This document shows positions 1 to 9,722 of a stretch of 64,000 bases of DNA, piece by piece. The DNA is from Rubripirellula sp. Its GTDB lineage: Bacteria > Planctomycetota > Planctomycetia > Pirellulales > Pirellulaceae. A program made the translations under genes and the position numbers. Numbering within the stretch: the stretch's first letter is position 1; each line of letters opens with the position of its first letter. A model generated the notes under the pieces. The model was given only the letters and a program-made list of their open reading frames with translations. It was not told where the DNA came from and made no database searches. Where the stretch lies: positions 6,336,001-6,400,000 of the forward strand of contig OZ244207.1 of NCBI GenBank assembly GCA_965216875.1. Reading direction: 5' to 3'.

Positions 1-286
1 TCGCGAACGTCAAATCGCCGTGGTTCAGGTCCTCGGCCACCTGATGCAAAGCAACGCGATCGGTGCAATCAGCACTCACGACCTGGAATTGGCTGACGAG
101 CCCGAACTACAATCGATCGCCACCGCCGTGCATTTCCGCGAGACGATTCGCCCCGATGCGGATGGGAACGAACAAATGACGTTCGACTACAAAATGCACC
201 AAGGTGTTTCGCCTACCACCAACGCCCTCCGCTTGCTTGAGATTGTCGGACTGGGCCAAGACGACACAGGTCAAACCGAAGAATGA
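1..286 (+). CDS. MutS-related ATPase (domain V), C-terminal fragment truncated by window edge
   Basis: STHDLELA motif, HF-x-E and FDYK..GVSPTTNALRLL, typical of the C-terminus of MutS domain III-V proteins. Confidence 0.8.
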   Translation, partial: RERQIAVVQVLGHLMQSNAIGAISTHDLELADEPELQSIATAVHFRETIRPDADGNEQMTFDYKMHQGVSPTTNALRLLEIVGLGQDDTGQTEE

Positions 287-1527
287 ACGCCAGTCAATCG
301 TCGAAACGAACCCTCCGTTTTGTTTCGATGGTCGCATTCCTGACGTTGGTTTGCTCGGCGAACGTTGTTCTTTCCGATGACCCAAAAGATGCCAGTGTGG
401 TTGTCGTTCGCGAGCAGCTTTCATTGGGCGCATCGGGGTCTTTGGTGGAAACGCTGCAGCGGACATTGAACGCGCGCTTGGTCCCCTCACCCCAACTGTC
501 GATTGATGGTGACTTTGGACCGAACACCCAAGCGGCGGTGGTTCGATTCCAGCGATCAAACAAACTTGAAGCCAGCGGCGTGGTCAGTCAGGCGACTTGG
601 GATGCACTGGGCACGCTGATCGAAAAAGACGATCCAGTTGCCGATCCGTCCGTGGTCAATGCAGAGGTGCTTCCCACGCAGCCCGCCGACCCGCTTGATG
701 GGCCACCCTATGTGACGTGCAAAGCATGGGTGATCGCGGACGGTGAATCGGGAAAAGTACTGTGGCAGCACCGTGCATCAAAACCGCTGCCGATGGCCAG
801 CACGACGAAGATCATGACCGCTGTGGTTGTTTTGCGTCTCGCAGAATCGGATCCCTCGATACTCGATGAAAGGGTCACCTTTTCCGAGCGCGCTGACAGC
901 ACGATCGGTTCGACCTGTCGGGTGCGAGCCGGCGAATCATTGTCCGCCGGTGAGTTGCTCTATGGGTTGATGTTGCCTTCGGGAAACGATGCGAGTGTCG
1001 CGCTGGCCGAGCATTTTGGCGATCGAGTTGCACCTGCTGATTCCGTTGAAACGGACGCCTATTCGAAGTTCGTTCAGGCGATGAATGAAGAAGCATCGAG
1101 GTTGGGATTGGAAGCGAGCGCGTTTAAGAACCCGAACGGATTGACCGAAGAGGCACATCATGCCAGCGCGAGCGACCTCGCCAAGCTCGCTTACCACGCG
1201 CTTCAAGATTCGAGGTTTCGAAGAATCGTTTCGACGCGTCAACGTGGTTGTGCGGTGGTCAATTCCGAGGGAGCGACACGCAACCTGATTTGGAAAAACA
1301 CCAATCGCCTGCTCGGTATCGACGGATTCGACGGCGTCAAAACGGGCACAACTTCGGCGGCGGGCGCTTGCTTGGTTTCAAGAGGTTCTCGTGACGGCAA
1401 ATCGTTGATCGTGGTCGTTCTCGGATCCGCCACTTCGGATGCTCGCTACGTCGATGTCAAAAACTTGTATCGTTTCGGTTTCACCAAGCAAGGGACCGAA
1501 GGGATTCCTGGCGCGGGATCTCGATAA
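283..1527 (+). CDS. D-alanyl-D-alanine carboxypeptidase (peptidase S11) with N-terminal peptidoglycan-binding domain
   Basis: Signal peptide; PG_binding_1 motif LQRTLN..IDGDFGPNTQAAVVRFQ; SxxK (STTK), SxN (SGN) and KTG motifs. Confidence 0.9.
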   Translation: MNASQSSKRTLRFVSMVAFLTLVCSANVVLSDDPKDASVVVVREQLSLGASGSLVETLQRTLNARLVPSPQLSIDGDFGPNTQAAVVRFQRSNKLEASGVVSQATWDALGTLIEKDDPVADPSVVNAEVLPTQPADPLDGPPYVTCKAWVIADGESGKVLWQHRASKPLPMASTTKIMTAVVVLRLAESDPSILDERVTFSERADSTIGSTCRVRAGESLSAGELLYGLMLPSGNDASVALAEHFGDRVAPADSVETDAYSKFVQAMNEEASRLGLEASAFKNPNGLTEEAHHASASDLAKLAYHALQDSRFRRIVSTRQRGCAVVNSEGATRNLIWKNTNRLLGIDGFDGVKTGTTSAAGACLVSRGSRDGKSLIVVVLGSATSDARYVDVKNLYRFGFTKQGTEGIPGAGSR

Positions 1528-1560
1528 CCTCACTTCCCTTCTTTGTGGTCGACCTGATTG

Positions 1561-3246
1561 ATGGAACATCCCTACGGCCTGTTCAGCATCGCGCCTCCCT
1601 TGGTAGCGATATTCCTTGCGATCGTGACGCGGCGACCAATCGTATCGTTGATCGCGGGACTCTTCTTCGGCGCCTTGGTGACAACGGGCGGCGATCCATT
1701 GGCTGCGACTGCGGACCTTCTCGAAATCCACCTTTGGCCAACACTGATTGATCCCGGCAAGATGCGCGTCTTTGCCTTCACGTTGTTGATGGCAGGGATG
1801 ATCGGAGTGATCAGCCGCAGCGGAGGGATGCAGGGGCTCATCCAGTTGATAGCGCCGCTTGCGAAGACTCGCCGAGGCGGCCAGTTGACGACATGGTTCG
1901 CTGGTTTGGTTGTTTTCTTTGACGACTACGCCAACACGATTTTGCTCGGCAGTACGCTGCGACCGCTAACCGACCGTTTGAAAATCTCGCGAGAAAAGCT
2001 CGCCTACTTGGTCGATTCAACGGCCGCGCCCGTGGCAAGTCTGGCATTGCTTTCGACCTGGATCGCCGTCGAAGTTGACTACATCGGCGAAGGGATCGGC
2101 AAGGTCGACGAAGGTTCGGGACTCAAGCCGATGGAGTTGTTCATCGCCAGCATTCCCTACCGGTTTTATGCGCTGATGGCGTTGGTGATGGTTCCGTTGA
2201 TCGCTTTTTCCGGTCGCGATTTTGGACCGATGTTACGCAAAGAACGAGAAAGCCTCGGCACAGCGCCCGGTAAGCTTGATGCGCAGCCTATGGAGGATGA
2301 TGCAAGCGAGGAGGACGCGAACGCGACGTTCGATCCATCCAAGGCACGTTGGTACAACGCAGCGGCGCCGATTGCGATGACGTTGGCGGTGGTGATGTGG
2401 TTGCTGTACATCACCGGCAAGCAGTCACTGGGCGACGTCGAATCGCCCAAGCTGCGTGAGATCCTAGGTGCGGCCGATTCCAGCTTGGCTTTGCAGTATG
2501 GATCACTCGCCGGTCTGATCCTTGCGGGCGGTTTGGCAATCTTTCAGAAAATTTTGGATGGCCCGGGAGTGATCGCTGCAACCGGAAAGGGGATGAAGGT
2601 CGTGCTGCCCGCGATTGCCATCCTGTGGTGTGCCTCGGCTCTTTCACGGATGACCGGCAGCAAGTCGGTCGATGGCGTCAAGAGCGAGAGTAGCGAGAGT
2701 TACGAGTTCCAGGACCACCGTCTCTATGCGGGACGTTATCTGAAAAACGTCGTCATCCCTTCCGAAGAAGACTTGGAAACGAACAAGAATCCTCGCATTG
2801 TGAAAATGATGCCAACGATTGTGTTTGTCCTTGCAGCCGTGCTCGCGTTTTCGACGGGAACAAGTTTTGGCACGATGGGTTTGTTGATGCCCACCGCGAT
2901 CTCGGTGACCTATCAATTGCTTGAGGCAACAGGTGGCGGCGCGGTTGATCCGAACCACCCAATCCTGCTTGGTTGCGTCGCAAGTGTGTTATCGGGCGCC
3001 GTATTTGGCGACCACTGCTCGCCGATTTCTGACACGACCATCTTGTCGTCCCAAGCTTGTCGCTGTGACCACATTTCACACGTTGTCACGCAAATGCCCT
3101 ACGCCGTCGTTGTCGGATTCGTTTCGATTGGTTTGGGCACGATCCCGCTTGGATTCGGAGTTTCACTGGCGATTCTGTTGCCAATTCAAATCGCTGCTCT
3201 GGTCGCGATTGTGATGCTGTTTGGAAAAAAGGTGGTCGCGGAATGA
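1561..3246 (+). CDS. Na+/H+ antiporter NhaC-family protein
   Basis: Multi-TM; FFDDYAN, ISREKLAYLVDSTAAP, TGTSFGTM and GAVFGDHCSPISDTT motifs. Confidence 0.9.
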   Translation: MEHPYGLFSIAPPLVAIFLAIVTRRPIVSLIAGLFFGALVTTGGDPLAATADLLEIHLWPTLIDPGKMRVFAFTLLMAGMIGVISRSGGMQGLIQLIAPLAKTRRGGQLTTWFAGLVVFFDDYANTILLGSTLRPLTDRLKISREKLAYLVDSTAAPVASLALLSTWIAVEVDYIGEGIGKVDEGSGLKPMELFIASIPYRFYALMALVMVPLIAFSGRDFGPMLRKERESLGTAPGKLDAQPMEDDASEEDANATFDPSKARWYNAAAPIAMTLAVVMWLLYITGKQSLGDVESPKLREILGAADSSLALQYGSLAGLILAGGLAIFQKILDGPGVIAATGKGMKVVLPAIAILWCASALSRMTGSKSVDGVKSESSESYEFQDHRLYAGRYLKNVVIPSEEDLETNKNPRIVKMMPTIVFVLAAVLAFSTGTSFGTMGLLMPTAISVTYQLLEATGGGAVDPNHPILLGCVASVLSGAVFGDHCSPISDTTILSSQACRCDHISHVVTQMPYAVVVGFVSIGLGTIPLGFGVSLAILLPIQIAALVAIVMLFGKKVVAE

Positions 3247-3302
3247 TGTGATCCAGAGAGTTGGGAATGCGAAGCACGAGCGGCTCGTGCGACGGTACCA
3301 AC

Positions 3303-3412
3303 AATCACCCTCACGCTTGCGGGAGGGTCGGACGCAAAGTCCGGGGAGGGAACGACCTTAAAAGAACAAACCCTCTCCGGGTCTTCGAGCCCGACTCTCC
3401 CAGGGGAGAGTG
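3303..3412. repeat. Composite palindromic repeat, family I (CCCTCCCG..CGGGAGGG / ACTCTCCC..GGGAGAGT), copy 1
   Basis: Two inverted halves each with two hairpins; homologous copies at 34097-34210 and 57492-57596. Confidence 0.85.
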
Positions 3413-3458
3413 TTTTTAAGAGACGCAGTATCGCTATCGCCTTGCCGCTTATGCGCGG

Positions 3459-5165
3459 CTAGTCGGTCGTCGCACCAACTTTGCCGAGGACTCTTGGATC
3501 GGAAACGCCTTGCAAACGTCCTTGCGCGTCACGCGCGATCGCTTGAGTTACCCCGGCTGCTTCAATCGTTTTCACGGTGTGGCCGACGTCCTTCATCGCT
3601 TTGATGAATGACTTGTCATTGGTCGCTTCGATGTAAAGTTGGTCGGGACGCCATTGATGGTGGAAACGCGGTGCGGTAACAGATTCCCTGAGTGTGTGTC
3701 CGTACTCGAGGTGGCGAATGATTCCAAGCAACACTTGAGTGATGATTTTGGGGCCGCCCGCGGCACCGATGGTCATGACTGGCTGGCCGCGTTGGTCGAG
3801 AACGATGGTGGGTGACATGGACGAGAGTGGGCGTTTGCCGGGGGCGATCGCGTTGTTGGAGGCGCCGACAAGACCGAATGCGTTGGGCACACCGGGCTGA
3901 GCGGAAAAGTCGTCCATTTCGTTGTTCAATACCACTCCCGTTCCGGGCACGACAACCTTGGAGCCATAATGAGTGTTGATCGTCGCAGTGATCGCTACCC
4001 AATAGCCTTCTTCGTCGGCCGCGGCGATGTGCGTGGTGTGACGCCCGAACTTGCCCGCTTCGAAATCGGCTGGTTCGCCATGTCCGGCCACGTTGGTCGA
4101 GCGGTCCCGTTGGATGCCTTTCGCCAGCGATTGGGCGTAGGCTTTGTTGATCAATCCTTTTGGTACATCAACAAAGTCGGCATCGCCGAGCCAGTGGGCG
4201 CGGTCGGCAAAGGCAAGTTTCATCGCTTCGGCGATCACGTGCGCCGCTTGATTCGGATCGTTTCGATGGATCGTTGCGATGTCAAACGATTCCAAAATGT
4301 TCAACATCTGAGCCACATGGACGCCGCCCGAACTTGGTGGCGGGAACCCGACGACTTTCCAATCGCGATAGGTGGTGACGATCGGCTCACGACGGACAGC
4401 GTTGTACGCGGCAAAATCGTCTGCGGCCAGAATGCCACCATGGTTCTGCATCCAGCCGCCGACCCGCTTTGCAAACGGACCTTCGTAGAACCAATCGGTT
4501 CCGTGACTGGCGATGGCTCGGTAGGTCGCAGCCAAATCAGCTTGCTTGAGTGTTTCGCCCTCGCGATAGGGTTGGCCATCCGCTTTCAAGAAAATCGCTT
4601 TCGATCCTGCGAAGCGTGCGAGGTCTCGCGCTTTTGCGTTTAGGTTTCGCGCGTAGACTCGATCGAGTCGAAAACCGTTCTCGGCGATGTCGGCTGCAGG
4701 GGAAAGCAAGTCTGCAAGCGCGAGGTTCCCAGCGTCTTGAATCGCCATTTCGTAGGCGGCCAGTGCGCCGGGAACACCGACCGCAAGCGGACCAAGCGTG
4801 CTTTGTTTTGGATCGGCTTTTCCATTGCGAAGGTACATGTCGGCGGTCGCGGCCGCGGGTGCTGTTTCGCGGCCATCAATCGCGATCAATCGGGCCGGTT
4901 CATCGGGGCCCTTTGCCGGAACGCGGATCAGGATGAAGCAGCCACCACCGATTCCTGAATTGTGCGTGTCGACCACACCAAGAGTGAGGGCGGTGGCGAC
5001 GGCGGCATCGACAGCGTTGCCGCCCTTTTGCAGCGCAGCGATGCCAGCATCGGTTGCGAGCGGATGAACACTGGCAACCATCCCGCGACCAGGATCCGCA
5101 GCCAGGGTTGACGTCGTGGCTGTCACCAGCGCGATGGCGACAAGACACAGAATTCGAACGAACAT
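3459..5165 (-). CDS. ggt: Gamma-glutamyltransferase
   Basis: GGNAVDAAVA, DGRETAP, HTTH (Thr nucleophile), LNNEMDDFS, PGKRPLSSMSP, GAAGG; signal peptide. Confidence 0.95.
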   Translation of the reverse strand: MFVRILCLVAIALVTATTSTLAADPGRGMVASVHPLATDAGIAALQKGGNAVDAAVATALTLGVVDTHNSGIGGGCFILIRVPAKGPDEPARLIAIDGRETAPAAATADMYLRNGKADPKQSTLGPLAVGVPGALAAYEMAIQDAGNLALADLLSPAADIAENGFRLDRVYARNLNAKARDLARFAGSKAIFLKADGQPYREGETLKQADLAATYRAIASHGTDWFYEGPFAKRVGGWMQNHGGILAADDFAAYNAVRREPIVTTYRDWKVVGFPPPSSGGVHVAQMLNILESFDIATIHRNDPNQAAHVIAEAMKLAFADRAHWLGDADFVDVPKGLINKAYAQSLAKGIQRDRSTNVAGHGEPADFEAGKFGRHTTHIAAADEEGYWVAITATINTHYGSKVVVPGTGVVLNNEMDDFSAQPGVPNAFGLVGASNNAIAPGKRPLSSMSPTIVLDQRGQPVMTIGAAGGPKIITQVLLGIIRHLEYGHTLRESVTAPRFHHQWRPDQLYIEATNDKSFIKAMKDVGHTVKTIEAAGVTQAIARDAQGRLQGVSDPRVLGKVGATTD

Positions 5166-5237
5166 GATGGCGAGCGTCCAAAAAAGTCAGTGATGAAACT
5201 CAGCCATCACTGTACTCGGTTCTCGCCTGCTGCGTTT

Positions 5238-5410
5238 GTAGCGCCCTTCGCCAGAAGGTGGTTGTCTCACCTCAAGGCGTGAGCCGAACGCGCTAGATAG
5301 CGTCGGGCCTCGCACGCGTTTGCGCGCCTCACAAGGCACGAAGCTAGCGCGTTCGGCTCATGAGGTATCGAGCTGGTTGCAGGTTCCGGCTGAAGCTCGG
5401 TACTACAAAC
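5238..5410. repeat. Mixed REP cluster (families B, C, A)
   Basis: GTAGCGCCCTTCGCCAGAAGGTG (5238); GTGAGCCGAACGCGCTAG (5279) with inverted GCTAGCGCGTTCGGCTCA (5343-5360); TTCCGGCTGAAGCTCGGTACTACAAAC (5384-5410); all recur elsewhere in the window. Confidence 0.8.
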
Positions 5411-5421
5411 TGGCGAGCGGG

Positions 5422-6465
5422 TCAGTCGGGGCGACCGTTGATGCAATCGATTAACATGCGTAATCGGCCGAGCGATCTTCGATTGAATTGGAAAACCAAT
5501 CGTGGCAGGTGTGCCAAATCGGGTTCGCCACTCTCTTCGGCCAACGCGTCACGCTGCTCGAATTGGCCTTCGACCAGAATGTCGGCAAACTTGTCTTGGA
5601 TTCGATCGAGGTGTTCGTCGCTTAGCTTCTCTTTCAGTCTCAGCACCAGTTGGTCACGCACGTAGCGCATGCTGTGGTAGACCTTGTAAAAGCCGAGCGT
5701 TTCTTCGATGGCTTCGTCGACAGAATTGGTGATCTTGTACAGTCGCACGTCTTCGGGAGAAATCATCCCTCCAGCGAGCAGTTGTTTGTCCATGAACGCA
5801 CCCAGGTCTTTCCAATAGGAACCTTCGGGGTGATCCAGCAGCACCAACGGAATCATGGTCTGTTTGCCGGTTTGCATGAGCGTCAACGTTTCTAGCGCTT
5901 CATCGAGCGTTCCGAAACCGCCTGGTAGACAGACCACGCCGCTGCATTCTTTGACGAACATCAACTTGCGCGTAAAGAAGTACTTCATCGTGACGAGTTT
6001 TGCATCGCCATCGATGTATTCGTTCGCGCTCTGTTCGAAGGGAAGCATGATGTTCAAGCCCATCGATGCTTCGCGTCCAGCCCCTTTGTGCCCTGCTTCC
6101 ATGATGCCGCCGCCAGCGCCGGTGATCACCATCCAGCCGTGTTTGGCCATCTTGTTGCCAAGGTCAACCGCGCTGAGGTATTCGGGGTGATCGGGTTGTG
6201 TGCGTGCCGAACCAAAGATGGTCAGCTTGCGTCGTCGGCGAAAGGGTCGAAAGACGGTAAAGGCGTACCGTAGTTCTCGCAGTGTTCGCGAGAGGATTTT
6301 AAGGTCACCGCGGGCCGTTTGGTCCTTTTCCATACGGTCGATGGTGTGTCGCATGACCTCGTAAAGGTCTTGCGAATCGACCGGAGAGATCGGTTCATCG
6401 GCTGGTTGCGGGCGTTCGATTTCATCTTCGCCGATGGCTTCGATCGGCAGATCGTCCTGGTGCAT
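5422..6465 (-). CDS. LOG-family (Rossmann-fold) phosphoribohydrolase
   Basis: IFGSART, ITGAGGGIME, YFFTRK, LPGGFGTLDE motifs. Confidence 0.9.
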   Translation of the reverse strand: MHQDDLPIEAIGEDEIERPQPADEPISPVDSQDLYEVMRHTIDRMEKDQTARGDLKILSRTLRELRYAFTVFRPFRRRRKLTIFGSARTQPDHPEYLSAVDLGNKMAKHGWMVITGAGGGIMEAGHKGAGREASMGLNIMLPFEQSANEYIDGDAKLVTMKYFFTRKLMFVKECSGVVCLPGGFGTLDEALETLTLMQTGKQTMIPLVLLDHPEGSYWKDLGAFMDKQLLAGGMISPEDVRLYKITNSVDEAIEETLGFYKVYHSMRYVRDQLVLRLKEKLSDEHLDRIQDKFADILVEGQFEQRDALAEESGEPDLAHLPRLVFQFNRRSLGRLRMLIDCINGRPD

Positions 6466-6579
6466 TCCACATGATCCTTCTTGCAGGGTGATGGCTGCAC
6501 CGAAATCGTTTGGGCCCCTTCAGCGATCACCAATGATGTGTGATCGCCGCTCAAATCCCGCCGATGTCGCGGCAGCCGT

Positions 6580-8085
6580 CTAGGCAGCTTGCGAAGCTTC
6601 GTGTTCTTCCGGAACAACCGTTCTGATGGCTCGGATCCCAAGGCCTCGGCCCAGGATGATTGCCAGTGGAGCGGCAGCGAAGCTTAGCAACGCTCCCATT
6701 TTTACCGAATCTTGGATGGCGCCGGGAACCGTAAAGGCGGCAACCGAGACGAATAGGGCGACCGTGAAGCCAATTCCAGCCACCATCCCAAGGGTGACCA
6801 CGTGTCGGTAATCCATTCCAGCCGGTTTCTCGAGCTTGAGTCCCTTTTCGGCAAAGAACGTCAAAACGGTGATTCCAAGCGGTTTACCGATCAGCAAACC
6901 TGCCAGAACCAACCAGGTTCCCGTACCGAGACTGCTGAGCACCACGCCAGCATTGGCGAGGCCAAAGAAGCCTAAGAAAAATTCAACCGGTGTCTTCCAA
7001 AAGTGCTCGAACTCACTGAGCGTGTCCTCACGATGCAATTCTTCCTTGGCGAATAGCCCCAAGTCCGTGTGAGCGTGTGGCAGCAGCGGGATGATCGGAA
7101 CCAATCCAAGTGCTGGGTGAATGTGAGCCTGGTAGAAGCTGAACCAACACAGCGCTCCTGGCCCAAGGATGTAAGCCCAGTGGCTTTGTACCTTCATGCG
7201 TCGCAGGACCAATGCACCGAGCATCGATGCGACGGTCAGCAGTAGCCATTGCGGTACGATCGGAGCTTGTGGGTAGAAAATCGCCAGGATCATCAATCCG
7301 GCGGCATCATCGGCGATGGCGAGCAACAACAGGAATGCGATCGCTGGATGGCCCGCACCAAAGATGAATCTCGCGACGAGGTAACTAAAGGCAATATCGG
7401 TAGCGCACGGAATTGCCCAACCGCTACCTAGGTCCTCGTTCGTCCCCGTTGCATAACACCCGCCGATGTAGACCAACGCGGGACCAAGGATTCCGCCAAC
7501 GGTTGCAAGCAGTGGTGTGGCCGCTTTTCGTGGATTGGAAAGGGCACCACCGGGCAACAACGATTCCCAGACTTCCTTGGCTGCAATCGCAAAGAACAAC
7601 GCCATCAAAATGTCGTTGATGATGAAGTGGATCGTCAGACCATGGTGGCCGCCGTGGCCATCACCATGCCCATCATCGGCTGCGTGAGCCGTTGCGGCGT
7701 GTTCTTGGTCGCCTTCATGAGCGTGATCGCCGGCGTGTTCTTCATCGCCGTGGTCGGTTTCGGCGGTCGCAACGCTTTGGTCTGCATTGTCGCCATCAGC
7801 AGAGTGTGCGTCGTCGCTGTGCGCGTCGTCGCTGTGTTCGTCCGCGTCAGAATGATCATCATGAGATGTCGATTCGTCGTGGCTCGACCAAAGCGAGGTG
7901 ACGTCAAAGTTGACGAATTTGGTGTAGCTGGTCTCGACGACCTCACCCTTTTCCGCAGCGCCATCGGTCTCTGCTTGATAGGCAACGTTCGCCCAAATCA
8001 AAGCGCCGACAGCCCCTGCGATCAGCAGGAAAGAGTTGTCAATCAGCGTGCGGACGATACCGCCTTTATGGTTGTGGCCAGACAT
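6580..8085 (-). CDS. nhaA: Na+/H+ antiporter NhaA with His/Asp-rich insertion
   Basis: INDILMALFF, GWAIPCATDIAF, LAIADD, GKPLGI, GIGFTVALF motifs; ATG at 8085 chosen as start. Confidence 0.92.
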   Translation of the reverse strand: MSGHNHKGGIVRTLIDNSFLLIAGAVGALIWANVAYQAETDGAAEKGEVVETSYTKFVNFDVTSLWSSHDESTSHDDHSDADEHSDDAHSDDAHSADGDNADQSVATAETDHGDEEHAGDHAHEGDQEHAATAHAADDGHGDGHGGHHGLTIHFIINDILMALFFAIAAKEVWESLLPGGALSNPRKAATPLLATVGGILGPALVYIGGCYATGTNEDLGSGWAIPCATDIAFSYLVARFIFGAGHPAIAFLLLLAIADDAAGLMILAIFYPQAPIVPQWLLLTVASMLGALVLRRMKVQSHWAYILGPGALCWFSFYQAHIHPALGLVPIIPLLPHAHTDLGLFAKEELHREDTLSEFEHFWKTPVEFFLGFFGLANAGVVLSSLGTGTWLVLAGLLIGKPLGITVLTFFAEKGLKLEKPAGMDYRHVVTLGMVAGIGFTVALFVSVAAFTVPGAIQDSVKMGALLSFAAAPLAIILGRGLGIRAIRTVVPEEHEASQAA

Positions 8086-8382
8086 TTTCCCGTGCGAAGC
8101 CCCCAAAATTACGATGAATCTTGCCGTTGCGACGCGCGTACGTTGTCCCGGCGCCCCGGAATATAGTTGCTTACGGTCAAACTGATGAGGGCACTTTTAC
8201 GGTAACCCCCATTGGGAAGGTGTCACTTTCGACCGGGTTGTAGGGGATGTTCCGAAGCCGGCTGATTGAGCGGCTATGACGGCAGCATCATCGCCCGATT
8301 AGTGGAGACTAATTCACCCATGAATCGGATGGATCACACCTACATCGATACAGGCGACTTCAAGAAAAAGTTGCTGGGCAGC

Positions 8383-9627
8383 TCATTGAGCCTTCTTGAG
8401 CATCCCGACAAACTTGCCCGGCGCATCGGTTTGCCGTACCGCAATGGGCAGTTTCCGCTTCTGGTCGAACATGATGTAGCGGACTCGCGAGGGAGTGTTG
8501 ATGTCAATGGCTTTGAGCGATCGCCGGTCGAGTAGCAAAGAGAGCTGCTCGGCGTCGACCTGGCGATATCCCAAATTCAACATCAACCTTTCCGCGTCGG
8601 ACCAACCGAGTGCGCGACGATTGCTATCGGCATTGGCAGGCGGCCACGGGAGGTGGCGGGTCCCGATCGGCGAGTTGAGTGAAAGGACGACCGCCCCCGA
8701 TTCGATTTGGTCGTCCCACCAGGTGAGCAACTCACTGATGTCGTGGTCGGCTCGCACAGGTTGGAATCCCCAAAGCCGTTCGCACAGTGGGTTCCACACC
8801 ACCGAAAAGTCGGAGCCGGCCAAGAAGGGCAAGATCGCTTCACACCAAGGTCGGCGCGTCTGAGGATGCTGCTCCAAAACAAGTAGTCGCCGGGTGTCGA
8901 CTGCGTCACTCAATGCAAACCGCATGCGGACGTCGGCAACGTAGACGTCGTCAAAGTCTCGAGACAGCCCGTCCAGTCGAGTCAACGTCTGCTGCACGAT
9001 CGAAGCACCAGCGTCGGTGTCTTCTTTGAGGGGTTTTGTGCCGAGCGTTTCGACTGTGGTGTCAAATTCGGCGTGCCACATTCGGGACAGTCGCTCGCGG
9101 CTTCGCTGGGCCAACGCTGCGATCATGGTCGGTCCGTCTTGCCGTTGATTGGCTTCAACCGTCAGTACCTCTTCGGCATCCTCGATCAAAGTCAAGAGTG
9201 CGTCGGTATCAGGCACACCGACACAAAACGCGAGCAACCGATAGTTACCGTCGCAGACAGCAACCACACAACGACTTGGCATCGTCGATGCTTGCCCGCC
9301 GGTCAGGTTCGCAGGCATGCCTACAGGCAACGGTTGAAGTCGGACTCGATCGCGAAGGTCAGGTCGCTCAAGTCGCGCCCGACGGACTGCCCTTCCAAGC
9401 AGACCGGAACACCAGAGTTGCTTGGCAAGTTTGTTTGGATCTTCTTCGGTCGCAAGGAACGGGTCGTCGTTTGTGATCAAGACAAGAACGAACTCGTTCT
9501 TTTGACTTGCCGAAATCGAAGAAAACGCCTTCGACCAGACAATCGCATCCGGGTCGTCCTCTGCGTCTTGCCCAAATGAAAGTGTGAATGCCAAAAGCGA
9601 TGCGGCAACCGCCAACGAAGCGCGCAT
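8383..9627 (-). CDS. Hypothetical exported protein
   Basis: 414-aa ORF with signal peptide-like N-terminus; no recognisable motif. Confidence 0.65.
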   Translation of the reverse strand: MRASLAVAASLLAFTLSFGQDAEDDPDAIVWSKAFSSISASQKNEFVLVLITNDDPFLATEEDPNKLAKQLWCSGLLGRAVRRARLERPDLRDRVRLQPLPVGMPANLTGGQASTMPSRCVVAVCDGNYRLLAFCVGVPDTDALLTLIEDAEEVLTVEANQRQDGPTMIAALAQRSRERLSRMWHAEFDTTVETLGTKPLKEDTDAGASIVQQTLTRLDGLSRDFDDVYVADVRMRFALSDAVDTRRLLVLEQHPQTRRPWCEAILPFLAGSDFSVVWNPLCERLWGFQPVRADHDISELLTWWDDQIESGAVVLSLNSPIGTRHLPWPPANADSNRRALGWSDAERLMLNLGYRQVDAEQLSLLLDRRSLKAIDINTPSRVRYIMFDQKRKLPIAVRQTDAPGKFVGMLKKAQ

Positions 9628-9722
9628 AGAAAACCCCTACCGAGCGATTGAAAAGAAGCAGTTAGATTCCCGGCATCCCACAAACGGATCTTAACCGCCC
9701 CCCACAGGGCGAGTCAAATTTA

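Noticed and set aside
8086..8382. Possible nhaA-associated riboswitch upstream of nhaA
   Set aside because: I could not see the conserved motif by eye; an Rfam scan would be needed to exclude it.
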